Source of the DNA: Rhynchobatus australiae
Taxonomy: Eukaryota
Reading direction: 5' to 3'
Assembly: GCA_034780895.1 (NCBI GenBank)
Contig: JAUZTB010000062.1
Location: 21,677,586 to 21,739,507, forward strand
Length of the DNA stretch: 61,922 nucleotides
Both the position numbers and the translations under genes were made by a program. Under the pieces are notes generated by a model. It made no database searches and had not been told where the DNA came from. It saw only the letters and a program-made list of their open reading frames with translations. Positions 22,819 through 34,065 of this stretch are shown here, one piece after another; position 1 is the first letter of the stretch, and every line of letters starts with the position of its first letter.

Positions 22819-25592
22819 CTGATATATTTCAATGTAAAGATATTATGGGAAGGCAGATGAACTTAGGCCCTGGATTGGTACATGGAACTACAATGTTGTA
22901 GTCATTGCAGAAACTTAGTTGAGAGAAGGACAGGACTGGCAGCTCAAATGGTCCAGGTTTCAGATGCTTAAGACACGATAGAGTGGGATGTAAAAGGGAT
23001 GGTGGAGTTGCACTACTGATCAGGGAGAATGCCACTGAGACACTTAGAGAGGACATCCTGGAGGGCTCATCCAGTGAGGCAATATGGGTAAAGATCAGGA
23101 GTAAGAAAGGTGCAATCACTATGATGTGGTTATACTATAAGGCCTCCCAATAGCCAGTGAGAGAGAGAGAGATGTTGGCAGACTGTGGAAAGATGTAAAA
23201 GCAACTGGGGGAGTTGTAGTGGGTGACTTTAATTTCCCCAATATTGACTGGGACTCCCTTAGTGCCAGGGGCTTAGATAGGACAGAATTTGTTAGGTGCA
23301 TCCAGGATGGTTTCTGACACAGTCCATAGAAAGTCCAACCAGGGAAGGGGCCATACTCAAAATGGCATTGGGAAATGAGCCTGGCCAGGTGATCAGAACT
23401 TCAGTGGGAAACCATTTTGGGAACAGTTATCATAACTCCATAAGTTTTCAGACAGCTATAGATAAGGATAACGCTGGATCTCTGGGGGGTTAAGTGCTAA
23501 ATTAGGGAAAGGCTTATTACAACAGTATTAGGCAGGAGCTGGGGAGATTAGATTGGGAGCAACTGTTATTGGGAAAGTCTACATCTGACAAGTTAGAGTT
23601 ATTTAAAGGCCAGCTAGTCAGAATTTAGAACCAATATGTCCCTGTGAGGAAGAAAGACAAGGATGGCAAGGTTCAGGGACCTTGGGTGACAAGAGATGTT
23701 GCCAATTTAGTCACAAAGGAAAAGGAAGCTGAAAGGAAGATTTAGGAAGCTGAAATCAGGCAGGGCCTTTGAGGGATATAAAGGAAGCAGAAGAGAACTT
23801 AAACTGGGAATCAGGAGAGCTAAAGGTGCTATGAAATGTTCTTGATGAGTAGGATTAAAGAGAACCCCAAGGCAATTTTTTTAAACATACATTAACAACA
23901 AGATGGTAACTAGGGAAAGAGCAGGACCACTCAAAGACAAAGGAGGGAATTTATGTCTGGACCCAGAGGAAATGGGCAAGGTACTAAATGAGTATTTTGC
24001 ATTGGTATTTATCAAGGAAAAGGACATGCAGTGTACCAAGGCCAGAGAGGCTAATATTCTGGGTTATGTTGATATCAAGAGGAGGAAGTGTTGGGTCCCT
24101 TGAAGAACATTAAGGTGAATAAGTCCCAAGGGCCTGATGGGATCTATCCTAGGTTATTGACAGAGGCAAGAGTGGAGATGGCTGGGATCTTTGTGTCTTT
24201 CTTGGTCAGAGGTGAGGTTCCAGAGGACTGAAGAATAGCCAGTATTGTTCTTCTGCTTAAGAAGGGCAGTAGGGCTGCACAGTAGTGTAGCGGTTAGCAT
24301 AATGCTATTACAGTGCCAGCAACCCAGGTTCCATTCCTGCTGCTGTCTGTAAGGAGTTTGTACATTCTCACCCTGTTTGCATGGATTTCCTCCAGGTGCT
24401 CCAGTTTCCTCCCATATTCCAAAGACGTACAGGTTAGGAGTTGTGGATATGCTATGTTGGCGCTGGAAGAGCAGCGACACTTGCATAGAGCATTCTTCAG
24501 TAATGCAAAAAGACACATTTCACTGTATGTTTCAAAGTACATGTGACTAATAAAAAAATCTTATATCTTTTCTTATATCTCATAGAGACAATCTGGGAAA
24601 TTATAAGCTGATGAGCCCTTCGTCAGTGGTAGGGAAATGATTGGAGAAGATTCCTTGGAATAGATCTACTTCCATCTAGAAAAGCAGAAATTTGTAGGGG
24701 ATAATAAGCATAGCTATGTGTGGGGAGGTCACGTCTTACAAACTTAATTGAGATTTCTGAGCAGATGACGAAGATGATTAATGAGAGCAAGGCTGTAGAT
24801 GTTGTAAACATGGACTTTAGTAAAGCTTTCAACAAGGTCCCTCATGGTAGGCTGATCCAGAATGTTAAGGCACATGGAATTCATGGAAACTTGGTAAATT
24901 GGNNNNNNNNNNGGGGAGTAGTAGAGGGGTGTTATTCTGACTGGAGGTTTGTGACCAGCGGTTTTCTGCAAGGATCAGTGCTGGGACCTCTGTTGTTTGT
25001 GATATATGTAAATAATTTGGACAAAAAAGTAGCTCGGCTGATTTAGTAAATTTACAGATGACACAAAATTGGTGGAGTTGTGGATAGTGAGTAAGTTTGT
25101 CAAAGGACTCAGCAGGATATAAACCAGTTGCAAATCTAGGCAGAGAAATGGCAGATGGAGTTTAATCTGGATAAGTGTGGGGTGCTGCACATTGGAAGGT
25201 CAAATGTAAAAGGAAAGTATTCAGTAAATGGCAATACCCTTAGGAGCATTGATGTACAGAGGGATCTNNNNNNNNNNCTTAGAGTGAAAGTTCATAGCTC
25301 CCTGAAAGTGGCAACACAAGTAGATACTAAATGAGGAATAGGGTATACTTGCCTTCACTTGTCAGTGTGTTGAATATTAGCATCAGAAAGTCATGCTGCA
25401 ATTGTATAAAACTTTGTTTAGGCCACATTTGGAGTATTGTGTGCAGTTCTGGTCACCACATTACAGGAAGGATGTGGAGGCTTTGGAGAGGGTGCAGATG
25501 AGGTTCACCTGGATATTGCCTGGATGAGAGGGTAATAGCTACAAGTAGAGATTGGACAAACTTGAATTGCTTTCTCTGGAGTGTCAGAGGTT
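22819..25592 (+). mobile_element. CR1 LINE ORF2 almost full length (APE endonuclease and RT), pseudogenised, 3' tail missing
   Basis: Endonuclease: KADELRPWIGTWNYNVVVIAET, VVVGDFNFPNIDW, PTREGAILKMALGNEPG..GNSYHNSI. RT: KSQGPDGIYPRLL, MDFSKAFNKVPH, QGSVLGPLLFVIYVNNLD, KFTDDTKIG, RPHLEYCVQFWSP. Frameshifts and stops throughout. Confidence 0.92.
24271..24580 (+). mobile_element. V-SINE with Rex/Babar-like tail inserted in CR1
   Basis: tRNA head GCACAGTAGTGTAGCGGTTAGCATAATGCTATTACAG..GGTTCCATTCC, V core, tail CATTTCACTGTATGTTTCAAAGTACATGTGACTAATAAA and TCTTA repeats. CR1 resumes at AGAGACAATCTGGGAAATTAT. Confidence 0.85.
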
Positions 25593-25830
25593 TACAGAGG
25601 AAATTCCAAAGTTTAGGGGCTTGGTAGCAGAAGGACAAGCATCAGTGGTGCTGTTAATGCATTTAGAGATGAAGAGGAAATCGGAAATATAGGTCTGATG
25701 CTTTGGTGGGTTATAGGACAGTAATTAATTAGAGGTAGGTAGGAGGAAGATCATGGAGAAATTTGAAAAAAAGGGCACATATTTTGAAATTGCAGTGTTG
25801 CCAAGAACCAATTAAGATCAACAAGCATGG
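25593..25830 (-). mobile_element. L2 LINE 3' fragment
   Basis: GGAAATTCCAAAGTTTAGGGGCTTGGTAGCAGAAGG..ATGGAGAAATTTGAAA, collinear with 41870-42100 and 56670-57130. Confidence 0.55.
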
Positions 25831-27029
25831 GTTTTAAAAGTCTTTGATTGCAGCAGGAGAAAAAAAGGACTGCTGGGACTGAAACCATCAACACTCTAAA
25901 TCCATTGAAAATAATAAGACTGAGAAATGATGTCACAATTTTTGACCTTGATACTTTGAAGGTGAAGGGAAGAAGTATGCAGGAGTAAATAGCTGAAGGT
26001 TTGGTACACAAAAATGGACTCAGAAGACCACTGACCAGAACCTTATTGACAGATCAGAGATGTTGAGAGTTGTCAGGGGTGGAAAAAATGATGAGAGAAA
26101 TATCATAACACAGGTAGATTTTCCTTGTTACTNNNNNNNNNNNNNNNNNNNNNNNNNNNNNNNNNNNNNNNNNNNNNNNNNNNNNNNNNNNNNNNNNNNN
26201 NNNNNNNNNNNNNNNNNNNNNNNNNNNNNNNNNNNNNNNNNNNNNNNNNNNNNNNNNNNNNNNNNNNNNNNNNNNNNNNNNNNNNNNNNNNNNNNNNNNN
26301 NNNNNNNNNNNNNNNNNNAGTTTAAATGTTGTATTTTAAAACAAAGTGTTTTGAAATGGAGTTAAAGAGAATGTACATTGACTGTTGATGTCAACTGTGT
26401 ATTAAAACTGGATGTCTATTTGGAAAAAAACAAATTATAGGAAGATACATAGCACAGATGATCACAACCCACTCTTTTTCAAACTAATGTAAGGATGCAT
26501 TGACATCCCAAACTTATTAGACAAAATGCCCAAAGATAACAAACAATTCAAAATCTAGTCACGGATGACCAAGTAACAGTGTTGGTATTGTGAGAATGAT
26601 TCAATTTATGTTCTATGGTGAACATACTCCTGGGAGATAGAATAGTAGGTCTGGTTGACAAAATTACTTAAGAACCTTTGTATGTGAAGGTGCCCTTCTG
26701 CTTTCTGGGTCAGTATTAGTAGAAATGAAAGGAAAACCCACATTCAGAAGCAAGGCTAGTCTTAAAAAGAACAGCAAGTCTCATTTTGTCTGCAACTGGA
26801 AGTTAAAAATTCAGGTCAGGACCTTGTATTTGGAAATTATCTGGAGAGAGAAGATGAAATAAAAAAAAACAGCAAAAAGCACACAAAAGGATGAAGTGAA
26901 ATGTTATTTTCTCCCCTTACTTTTCAAGTTAAAAGGGAAGATTGAGTTACAAAGTAGGACTCACTTTAACCTTTATTCTTATGTTCACTTAATGTTTTGA
27001 AGTAAACCATCTTAAATTTTATCATAGTC

Positions 27030-27120
27030 ATAAACTCAACCAGCATGGAAATAGGCCCTTCTGCTCACTGAGTCAATGTGGACTCTCAAGCATCCATTTA
27101 CACCTAATTCCATTAAAAAA
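27030..27120 (-). mobile_element. HE1/CR1-type 3' tail fragment
   Basis: CAGCATGGAAATAGGCCCTTCTGCTCAC..TCAAGCATCCATTTACAC is the reverse of the HE1/HER1 tail. Confidence 0.55.
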
Positions 27121-28029
27121 AATTCTATCTGTGCTATCTACCTGTGCTTTCCTTTCCACCTGGCCAAAATCTTTTTCATGCCCCACAAAATTTCAAGTGC
27201 ATTAGTTTATGCAAGAGGTACATATCCAGTTCAGATATTAAGAGGATTCTGCCGATGTTACCAGTTTTCACCATGGTGGAATTAGTATTGAGCTACATGG
27301 ACAGTTTTTTAAATACAAAACAGAGAGAGTACACTATTGCTTTGCTTATTATCATATTTTGTCAGAGAAGTAAATGGCAGACCTGTGTTGGTTTACTGCA
27401 GTGCATTATTCTGCCTAAAGCTAAATCCATTCAATTGTATGAAATGAAAGAATAAGTGAAAGGGAACGGGATGTAAATTTAATTTAGTACACACTGGTAA
27501 ACCTAAATAACATTCTTCTAAACAGCACTTTGAAGAGATAGGGCATAACAATGAGGACCTTGGCTTGCTGGCACCTTTTGTTGAGCACGAGTGCCCTTTA
27601 AATTCTGAACTGATATTAGAAGTGGGGAAAAGTATTTGAGGAGTAAATCACACCGGACATCACGTTGGAGGAAGCATTGAAGCCCACAGAAAATGTACAC
27701 TGAAAGCATGTAAAATAGGTCAATCTGTGGAACTTGCACTAAGTGAATCAGGTAAAATCCTCACTAAATGGCTGAACATGCACTGCCCACTCAAAATGCT
27801 CAGGTTAGTTACTGCTCGATTTCAACTGGCTGATGCAATGATTGCACAATTATTTTGTGCAGTTGTTTCAAGTAACAAAAGCCTTTAGGAAGTGGTGTGG
27901 CAAGTGCAGAAGAACCTTATGCTGACTTCAAGGCTTCTGCACAAATGTGCTTCTTCCAGCACATACAGAAAACAAAATGACTGACATCTCTAGGAAAGCA
28001 CACAGAGAGCATGAGAAGTTGCTGCAGGG

Positions 28030-28500
28030 GAAAAGAAAGGAAAGGAGGATGGTGTCCACATCCATCAAGGGTGTTTTCCAGGCTGGACCTCAGCAAGGAC
28101 CAATGTGAGATGTCTATAATCCAGTAATGATGGCCTCTATGTAACCTAACTCTCAAGCTAGCTATGACTGCCACAGACAGCAAATCATTCAGGTCCACAC
28201 CAGGTATCCTGGCAGAAATCATAATACCTTCATTGTCTGGCAGATATGCCAACTGCATTTGAGCCCCCATGGCAAATTAGAGCTTGGTTGGTAGTTGTCT
28301 GCGGCTATCCAGTGATGGTGACTTCAATAATGCAATGCTTGCACTTGTGCAACATGTACAGAATGAAAGTGATGCACCTCACAAAATATGATCATTGGCA
28401 AATCAAACTTACACCCCTCCAACCTGGACAACTCACTAGGACTATCTGGCACATTGTGTGAGAAGATTATTGGTAGTCTGCTGAGTGCTGCCATCATGAG
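28030..28500 (+). pseudogene. PIF/Harbinger DDE transposase fossil
   Basis: Translates RVFSRLDLSKDQC, then DCHRQQIIQVHTRYPGRNHNTFIVWQ (cf. CDHRQRI..V.ARYPGSCHDAFILRQ), then MPTAFEPPWQIRAWLVVVCGYP (cf. GWLLGD.GYP). Frameshifted and internally deleted. Confidence 0.7.
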
Positions 28501-28724
28501 TGGACAGTCATTGCTGGAAAAATGGAAGAAACAACTTGGACATTTCCTTTTGGCCCCAGATGGGAGTATTATATTAGTATGAGTAGTAGCATCCTTAATT
28601 CTCCACCCACAAACAACCTGAACTTCTTTTGTCACTGGCCATCCCACAAGGTAAACATGGATAGGTTTCAAATTCATAATTTATGCCATACTGGACAAAA
28701 AGACCAAATAATCATTCTGGTGCA

Positions 28725-29240
28725 TTGTCTCGCTATGGCCTTGCACCTTTTTGTCTGCCTACACTGCACTTTCTCTGTAACTGTAACACTTTATTCTGCA
28801 TTCTGTTATTGCTTTCCCTTGTACTACTTCAATGCACTGATGTGATGAAATAAGATAAGATCTTTATTAGGGATGAAACACACAGTGAAATGCTTCTTTG
28901 CATAGAGTGTTCTGGGGGTAGCCCGCAAGTGTCGCCATGCTTCCGCACCAACTTAACATGCCCACAACTTCCTAACCCGTACATCTGTGGAATGTGGGAG
29001 AAAACCAGAGCACCAGGAGGAAACCCGCGCAGACACGGGGAGAACGTACAAACTCCTTACAGACAGCAGCGGGAATTAAACCCAGGTTGCTGGCACTGTT
29101 GTAGTGTTACACTAACTGCTATCTTACCGTGCCTACCCGCTACACTACTGTGCCTGCCCATGTAATGAATGATCTGTATGGATGGCATGCAAAACTAAGT
29201 TTTTCCACTGTACTTCGGTACATGTAACCAATTTACAATT
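28725..29240 (+). mobile_element. Rex1/Babar-type 3' UTR fragment interrupted by a SINE
   Basis: CCTTGCACC..CACTGCACTTTCTCTGTAACTGTAACAC (28738-28850) resumes as GATCTGTATGGATGGCATGCAAAAC..TTTTCCACTGTACTTCGGTACATG (29161-29230). Same tail as 12141-12300 reversed. Confidence 0.7.
28851..29159 (-). mobile_element. V-SINE with Rex-like tail, ~10-bp TSD and duplicated 5' head
   Basis: Same family as 24271-24580. Flanks ATGTGATGAA and ATGTAATGAA. About 22 bp of the head is tandemly repeated at 29116-29159. Confidence 0.85.
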
Positions 29241-29834
29241 TGCCTTAGTGCCCACTGTTTTGAGGTTTTGGCTCTTCAAGTGCTCCCAAATTGTGCATGA
29301 CAAAAGGCTAATCATGCACAAAAACATTAAAGCAGTTACTGCTGCAGCAGTAAGCAGCAAGCAGTTCAGAGATCAAACATTGGTTTCAGCCTAGGCTGTA
29401 ATGAACAGCCAAATGAAGGTGCATGCAATGTGTAAAAAGAATATTGGCTACCAATTGTATGCTGGAAAAAATTCTTTAAGCTCTCTGGAAAACTTTATAC
29501 CATATTAGTGGTAGACTTCTCCATGCACTGAATGCAGGTTTGGTGGTAGGTTTCTCAATGCACTGTACATTTCCATCAATCTTCTTCTGCAGTCAGTTGC
29601 ATCTAAGTATTTGACTGCAGAGTTTGTGTATGTTCTCACCCTTCAGTAAGCTGGCACCTGTGCTATTCTTGCTCTCCCACAACAAGCAACTCTCCCAAAC
29701 CTATTACTCCTATGTACTGCAATCCAAGAGGCAGCAGCATAGAAGTGGCTGGCTGTTTGGGATAACTCATACATCGTATACTACCACCACCAAGATTATG
29801 CTTTTCTCTAAATTATGCACAGTATCAGTTTTTG

Positions 29835-30378
29835 AACAGGTGGCTGTGATTGTTAAAAAAAATTGCAGACAATAGTGAGAGCTGTAGAGAAGATTGCAGG
29901 TGTCTCTCTACCCTCCATTGCGGATATATATACGGACCGTTGTGTCAGAAAGGCCAAAAATATAATGTCTGACCCTTCTGCCACCTTTTTGCACTCTTGC
30001 CATCCGGAAGGCGGCTCCAGTGCATCCGTGCAAAAACTACCAGACTGTGTAATAGCTTTTTCCCACAAGCCATCAGAACCATGAACACCCTCAAAATGCT
30101 GCTCCCCATCCCTCCATCCCTCCCTCCAACACCAAAGGATGTTAGGCGTACAAAAATGCACCAGCACTTTAAGTGTCCAATGACTGCGGCATCAGTACGT
30201 TCATTTTAAGCTGTTTTTATTTGAGTCTCTTTTTAATGTGGTTCCCATGTCATTAATGTCTTTCTGTCTCTTATTGTCTTTAATGTGACCAGCACCTTGA
30301 TCTGTGGAGTACGGTATTTCGCTCCCATGCACGCTGTAAGTGTATATGGAAGTGACAATAAATTGATTCTGATTCTGA
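29835..30378 (+). mobile_element. Rex1/Babar LINE 3' fragment
   Basis: KKLQTIVRAVEKIAGVSLPSIADIYTDRCVRKAKNIMSDPS and LPSGRRLQCIRAKTTRLCNSFFPQAIR. Tail GACAATAAATTGATTCTGATTCTGA. Confidence 0.85.
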
Positions 30379-32257
30379 AACTGATGGTGTCTGTTAATCA
30401 TCTCTGCCTCCTTGTTGTTCTTCCATTATAATATCCTAACAGCACAAAGTTAGAATGCAGGTACATTATGATTAACAGGCATGGGTTAATCGAGCTTCAC
30501 AATCCTCAGGCTTATTTCTCAGGGCTGTCAGATTTAGACCCACTATCCCTTAAGAAACTCTGTTTTAAAGAAAGACTCCAGCATCCAGGCCAATGGCCAA
30601 TTATCTTCCTATAAATTAAGTACATTCAGTGGGTCATAACATTTAATGAATTCCACTCTTAATGAGTGTACTTCATGTGAGACAGAAGAAGCTGAAATCA
30701 AGAATGTATAGTTTGTTCAAGTGACTCTTCACAGCCAGACCCTAGAACTTTCTATTGCAGGGAGAGGGTCTCCTAGAGAGCATTTAATCATATGATTCCA
30801 TCCTTAAAGGGATGGCAGTCTTAAAGTAACCATGAGTGTTCACAACAAGTATTATATTAACTATTGCTTATAGCCAATATTTATTAAAACACTGTGGACT
30901 GCTTGTCAATCTGGTTCCAGTATGTTGGCAGCAGAGAATGCAAGTTACTGGCAGCCTGAACCAGATCATATGTTTCTAAATTTAACAAGTTCTGGCATTT
31001 TTATTTTGCCTGTTTTTGTCTGAATGCTGACTGGCATGGGGAACAGGCATGGGGAATTGCTGAATTACACTAAGAGGGAGTGAGGGATAGAAATAAATGT
31101 AAGCAGTTAAAATGCCAATTTGCTGAGCATTCTGAATATCTGAAGGTAATTCAGTTCCATCTCAGTGATCTCAGTTAACCTGCCTCCATTAATAAGGTTG
31201 TGAACAACAAATTAGTGCATACTTGATTCATAATTTGAAAATATATACAACCACAAGACAGCTCCTCATTGAAAATTTGTATATTCTTTAAAGAAATAAA
31301 AAGCAAGAATTAGTGCTACTAATCAGCAATGTTTTGAATTGTAAGATTCCAAATCATTCACTTTTTCTGCTTCCAATTAGGGTAAAGGACTCCAATCCCA
31401 AATCAAAAAACATCTTAGTAACCTCTGATGTGATCCAGCAAACTACTCAGTCGTATCAAGCTCTGAGGTAAACCTTATCACCACTTGTTTGCTTGTTTGC
31501 AAAGCCACAACCCATGAAGAAAAACGATTGCCACATTTCAGAAAAAACAAGTGTTGTGTTCCATCAGTCTTTGTTGGCTTTGCATCAAGTCCACTTTAAA
31601 AATAAATGGCTGTGCAGACAGTAAATCCTAAACAGAAATATTAGTTTTAAATCTTGAAAATCTGGAACTTATAGGCTTCATGGTTTTCTCACTCACAGGG
31701 AAAAATTATTTTAGCTGTACGCAAAGCTCCATTTAGATAATATGGATATATACTTAGCAAAAATCTGCTTTTACTTTTCATTTTGGACCAGAATGTCCAA
31801 CTCATCATTCACCAGCTTCTTACTTGGAAGTAATAGCTAAAATCATGGTGAAATACTGTGCAATGAGGAGGTATGAATGGGCAATATTAACCTTTCTATA
31901 AACAGGCAGGGCTAAAAAATTCAAACCAAATATTGATTTTATTCCCTTTCTCATGCCTACCACCTGATTCAGTATAAATTTACCATGTTATCTGGGCATT
32001 CATTTAGAAAAGGAATGCTGCATAGTGTTGGGTAAGCTTTGTAAATAACTTACTCTGCAGACATGCAACAAAATGTAATTTTGTTAAAATAATCTTTGAC
32101 AGTATGAACATAATTGAAAGTCTAAGGAAAGATATGATGAATGGATTATAGAGTAAGGGTAATATTACAGAAAATATTATCTTAACCAGCATTTTCTGCT
32201 TAATATGAGAGCAAATAATGTTCCGGCTTGATATTCCAACCAATAATTGACATATAC

Positions 32258-32338
32258 CTTTCAGCTTCTAAATATCCTCCTCCTCCAACTGGAAGTGCAT
32301 GAGACAAAGGGCCAATAAAGACAGCTCTGAGAGTTTCC
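32258..32338 (-). other. Candidate 81-nt internal exon (unassigned)
   Basis: Acceptor tttataatttgacag and donor AAG|gtatat. Only one open frame (ETLRAVFIGPLSHALPVGGGGYLEAE), phase 2-2, GC-richer than its flanks. No homologue recognised. Confidence 0.3.
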
Positions 32339-33736
32339 CTGTCAAATTATAAACAGTGATAGAATACTACCACAGCACATTTTCAATAGAATTTCACTTA
32401 ATATTTTTAGCTTATAATAATCAGGTAATGCAGATCAAATATGTTTAACTTTGCTGTTTCATTTAGATATATAAATTAATATTATAAATAAAACTATAAT
32501 CTTAAGTGGGGTTTATCAATGAACAAATTAAACCACAATAACTACAAATGTCTATATTTAATTGCAATAAACATGAGAATTTTTAATCCCTATCCCAACC
32601 CAACCTTCACATCATATTGAGTCTCCTCAGTCTGAGCCATTCTTCCCAGGGTCTCATTCACCTATGGCCTTCCTGCCACTCAGCAGTCCAGATATTATGA
32701 CAAACTCTCCAGAACCTGGATCACTCACACCAGGTGATGAGTTCTAATGAAGGGACTAGGAGATTCCCCCCTTCCAGCTGCACAGCCAGAAGCTGGCTGG
32801 CAATGAGCAGGTAGTTGAAAGTTTTGCAAGTCCAACCACTTTCCATCCTAGAGGGAGTTTAATACCATAACCAATCATGGCAGAACCTAGCAGTCCACTG
32901 ACATTCAGGTCAACAGAATTTGTAAGTAAATGTAACAATGGACATTTGCTGACAATATCTCAGCTATTTGTCTATTCAGCATAACATTCACTTAAACTAA
33001 AAGTGCATTCTGTTCACAGCAGCATAAACTGGATCCAACATATTTTAGGAAACAAGATCAGTAGGACATAAAGTGCCAGTCTACAATGAATGTGACTATT
33101 ACTAGATCACCTTGCACTCAGTTTGAAGAAATGAAAGAAACAAATTCCTATTTTAGAGATCATTTTAGTGCTGCATACTGAATAGATATTGCCTCATATA
33201 AAGTGTGGGGACATGTTTATATTATATTGAGATCCGAGTCAGAATATTTTCTTGACATGAGCGGCAACAAATTCTGGCCTGCTACTTTCACATTAAGTCC
33301 AAGTGCAGTAAATCTACAAGCCAGGAGCCAGTGTAACCTGCACTTTTCTCAATACAACATAAAAAGAGCTTTGAATCAGTTTCTCTGGAGAAAAGTTGCA
33401 AATAACATATGGTTTAGATTAAATCTGATACAAGGCAAATGACACTAATTACCAAAACTCAGTTAATTACTATAACTTGATTATTCTAAAGAACAATCTG
33501 ATTATTTGTATGTCATTTTGCTTTAGTTAACAAACAGGCTTAATGCTGTTGGCTAAAATGCCTTGTCAACTAGCAGTTCAAAATAAACAACATATGTAAG
33601 TGGACACTCTTCCTATCCAGTTCAATGACAGGAACCATGTTAAGTATGGCTAGTTAAACCATGGATTGGCTGTGTTTCTACAGCTCGGCTTCAGATACGA
33701 TTCAGGCATTGCCAACTTATCAGAACCTAGTTTGGC

Positions 33737-34065
33737 AAGGCAGCAGAGTAGCACAGCTGGTAGAGCAACTACCTCACAGGTCCAGTGAGCTGGGTTCAAT
33801 CCTGACCTTCAGCCTTTGTGGAGTTTGCAAGTTCTCCCTGAAATTACTCTGAATACTCTAATTTCCTTCCACATCACAAAGATGTATAGGTTGATAGGTA
33901 AATTGGCCACATTAAATGTGCCCTATTGTGTAGGTGAATGATAAAATCTGAGGAAGAATTGATGGGAATGAGAGTAAAATAAAATGGGATTAGGGTAGAT
34001 GGGTGCTTGATGGTTATTCTGGATATGATGGGCCGAAGGCCCTGTTTCTGTGCTGTAGTTCTCTG
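33737..34065 (+). mobile_element. HE1-type V-SINE with CR1/HER1 tail, near full length
   Basis: A box GTAGCACAGCTGG, B box GGTTCAATCC, V core, tail GGGCCGAAGGCCCTGTTTCTGTGCTGTA matching the CR1 tails at 9090-9120 and 39312-39345. Confidence 0.8.

Noticed and set aside
28030-28500. Possible domesticated HARBI1 gene
   Set aside because: Frameshifts, internal deletion and lost catalytic residues indicate a dead transposon copy.
33737-33810. tRNA-like A/B boxes
   Set aside because: These are SINE heads with no complete cloverleaf, so they are not called as tRNA genes.
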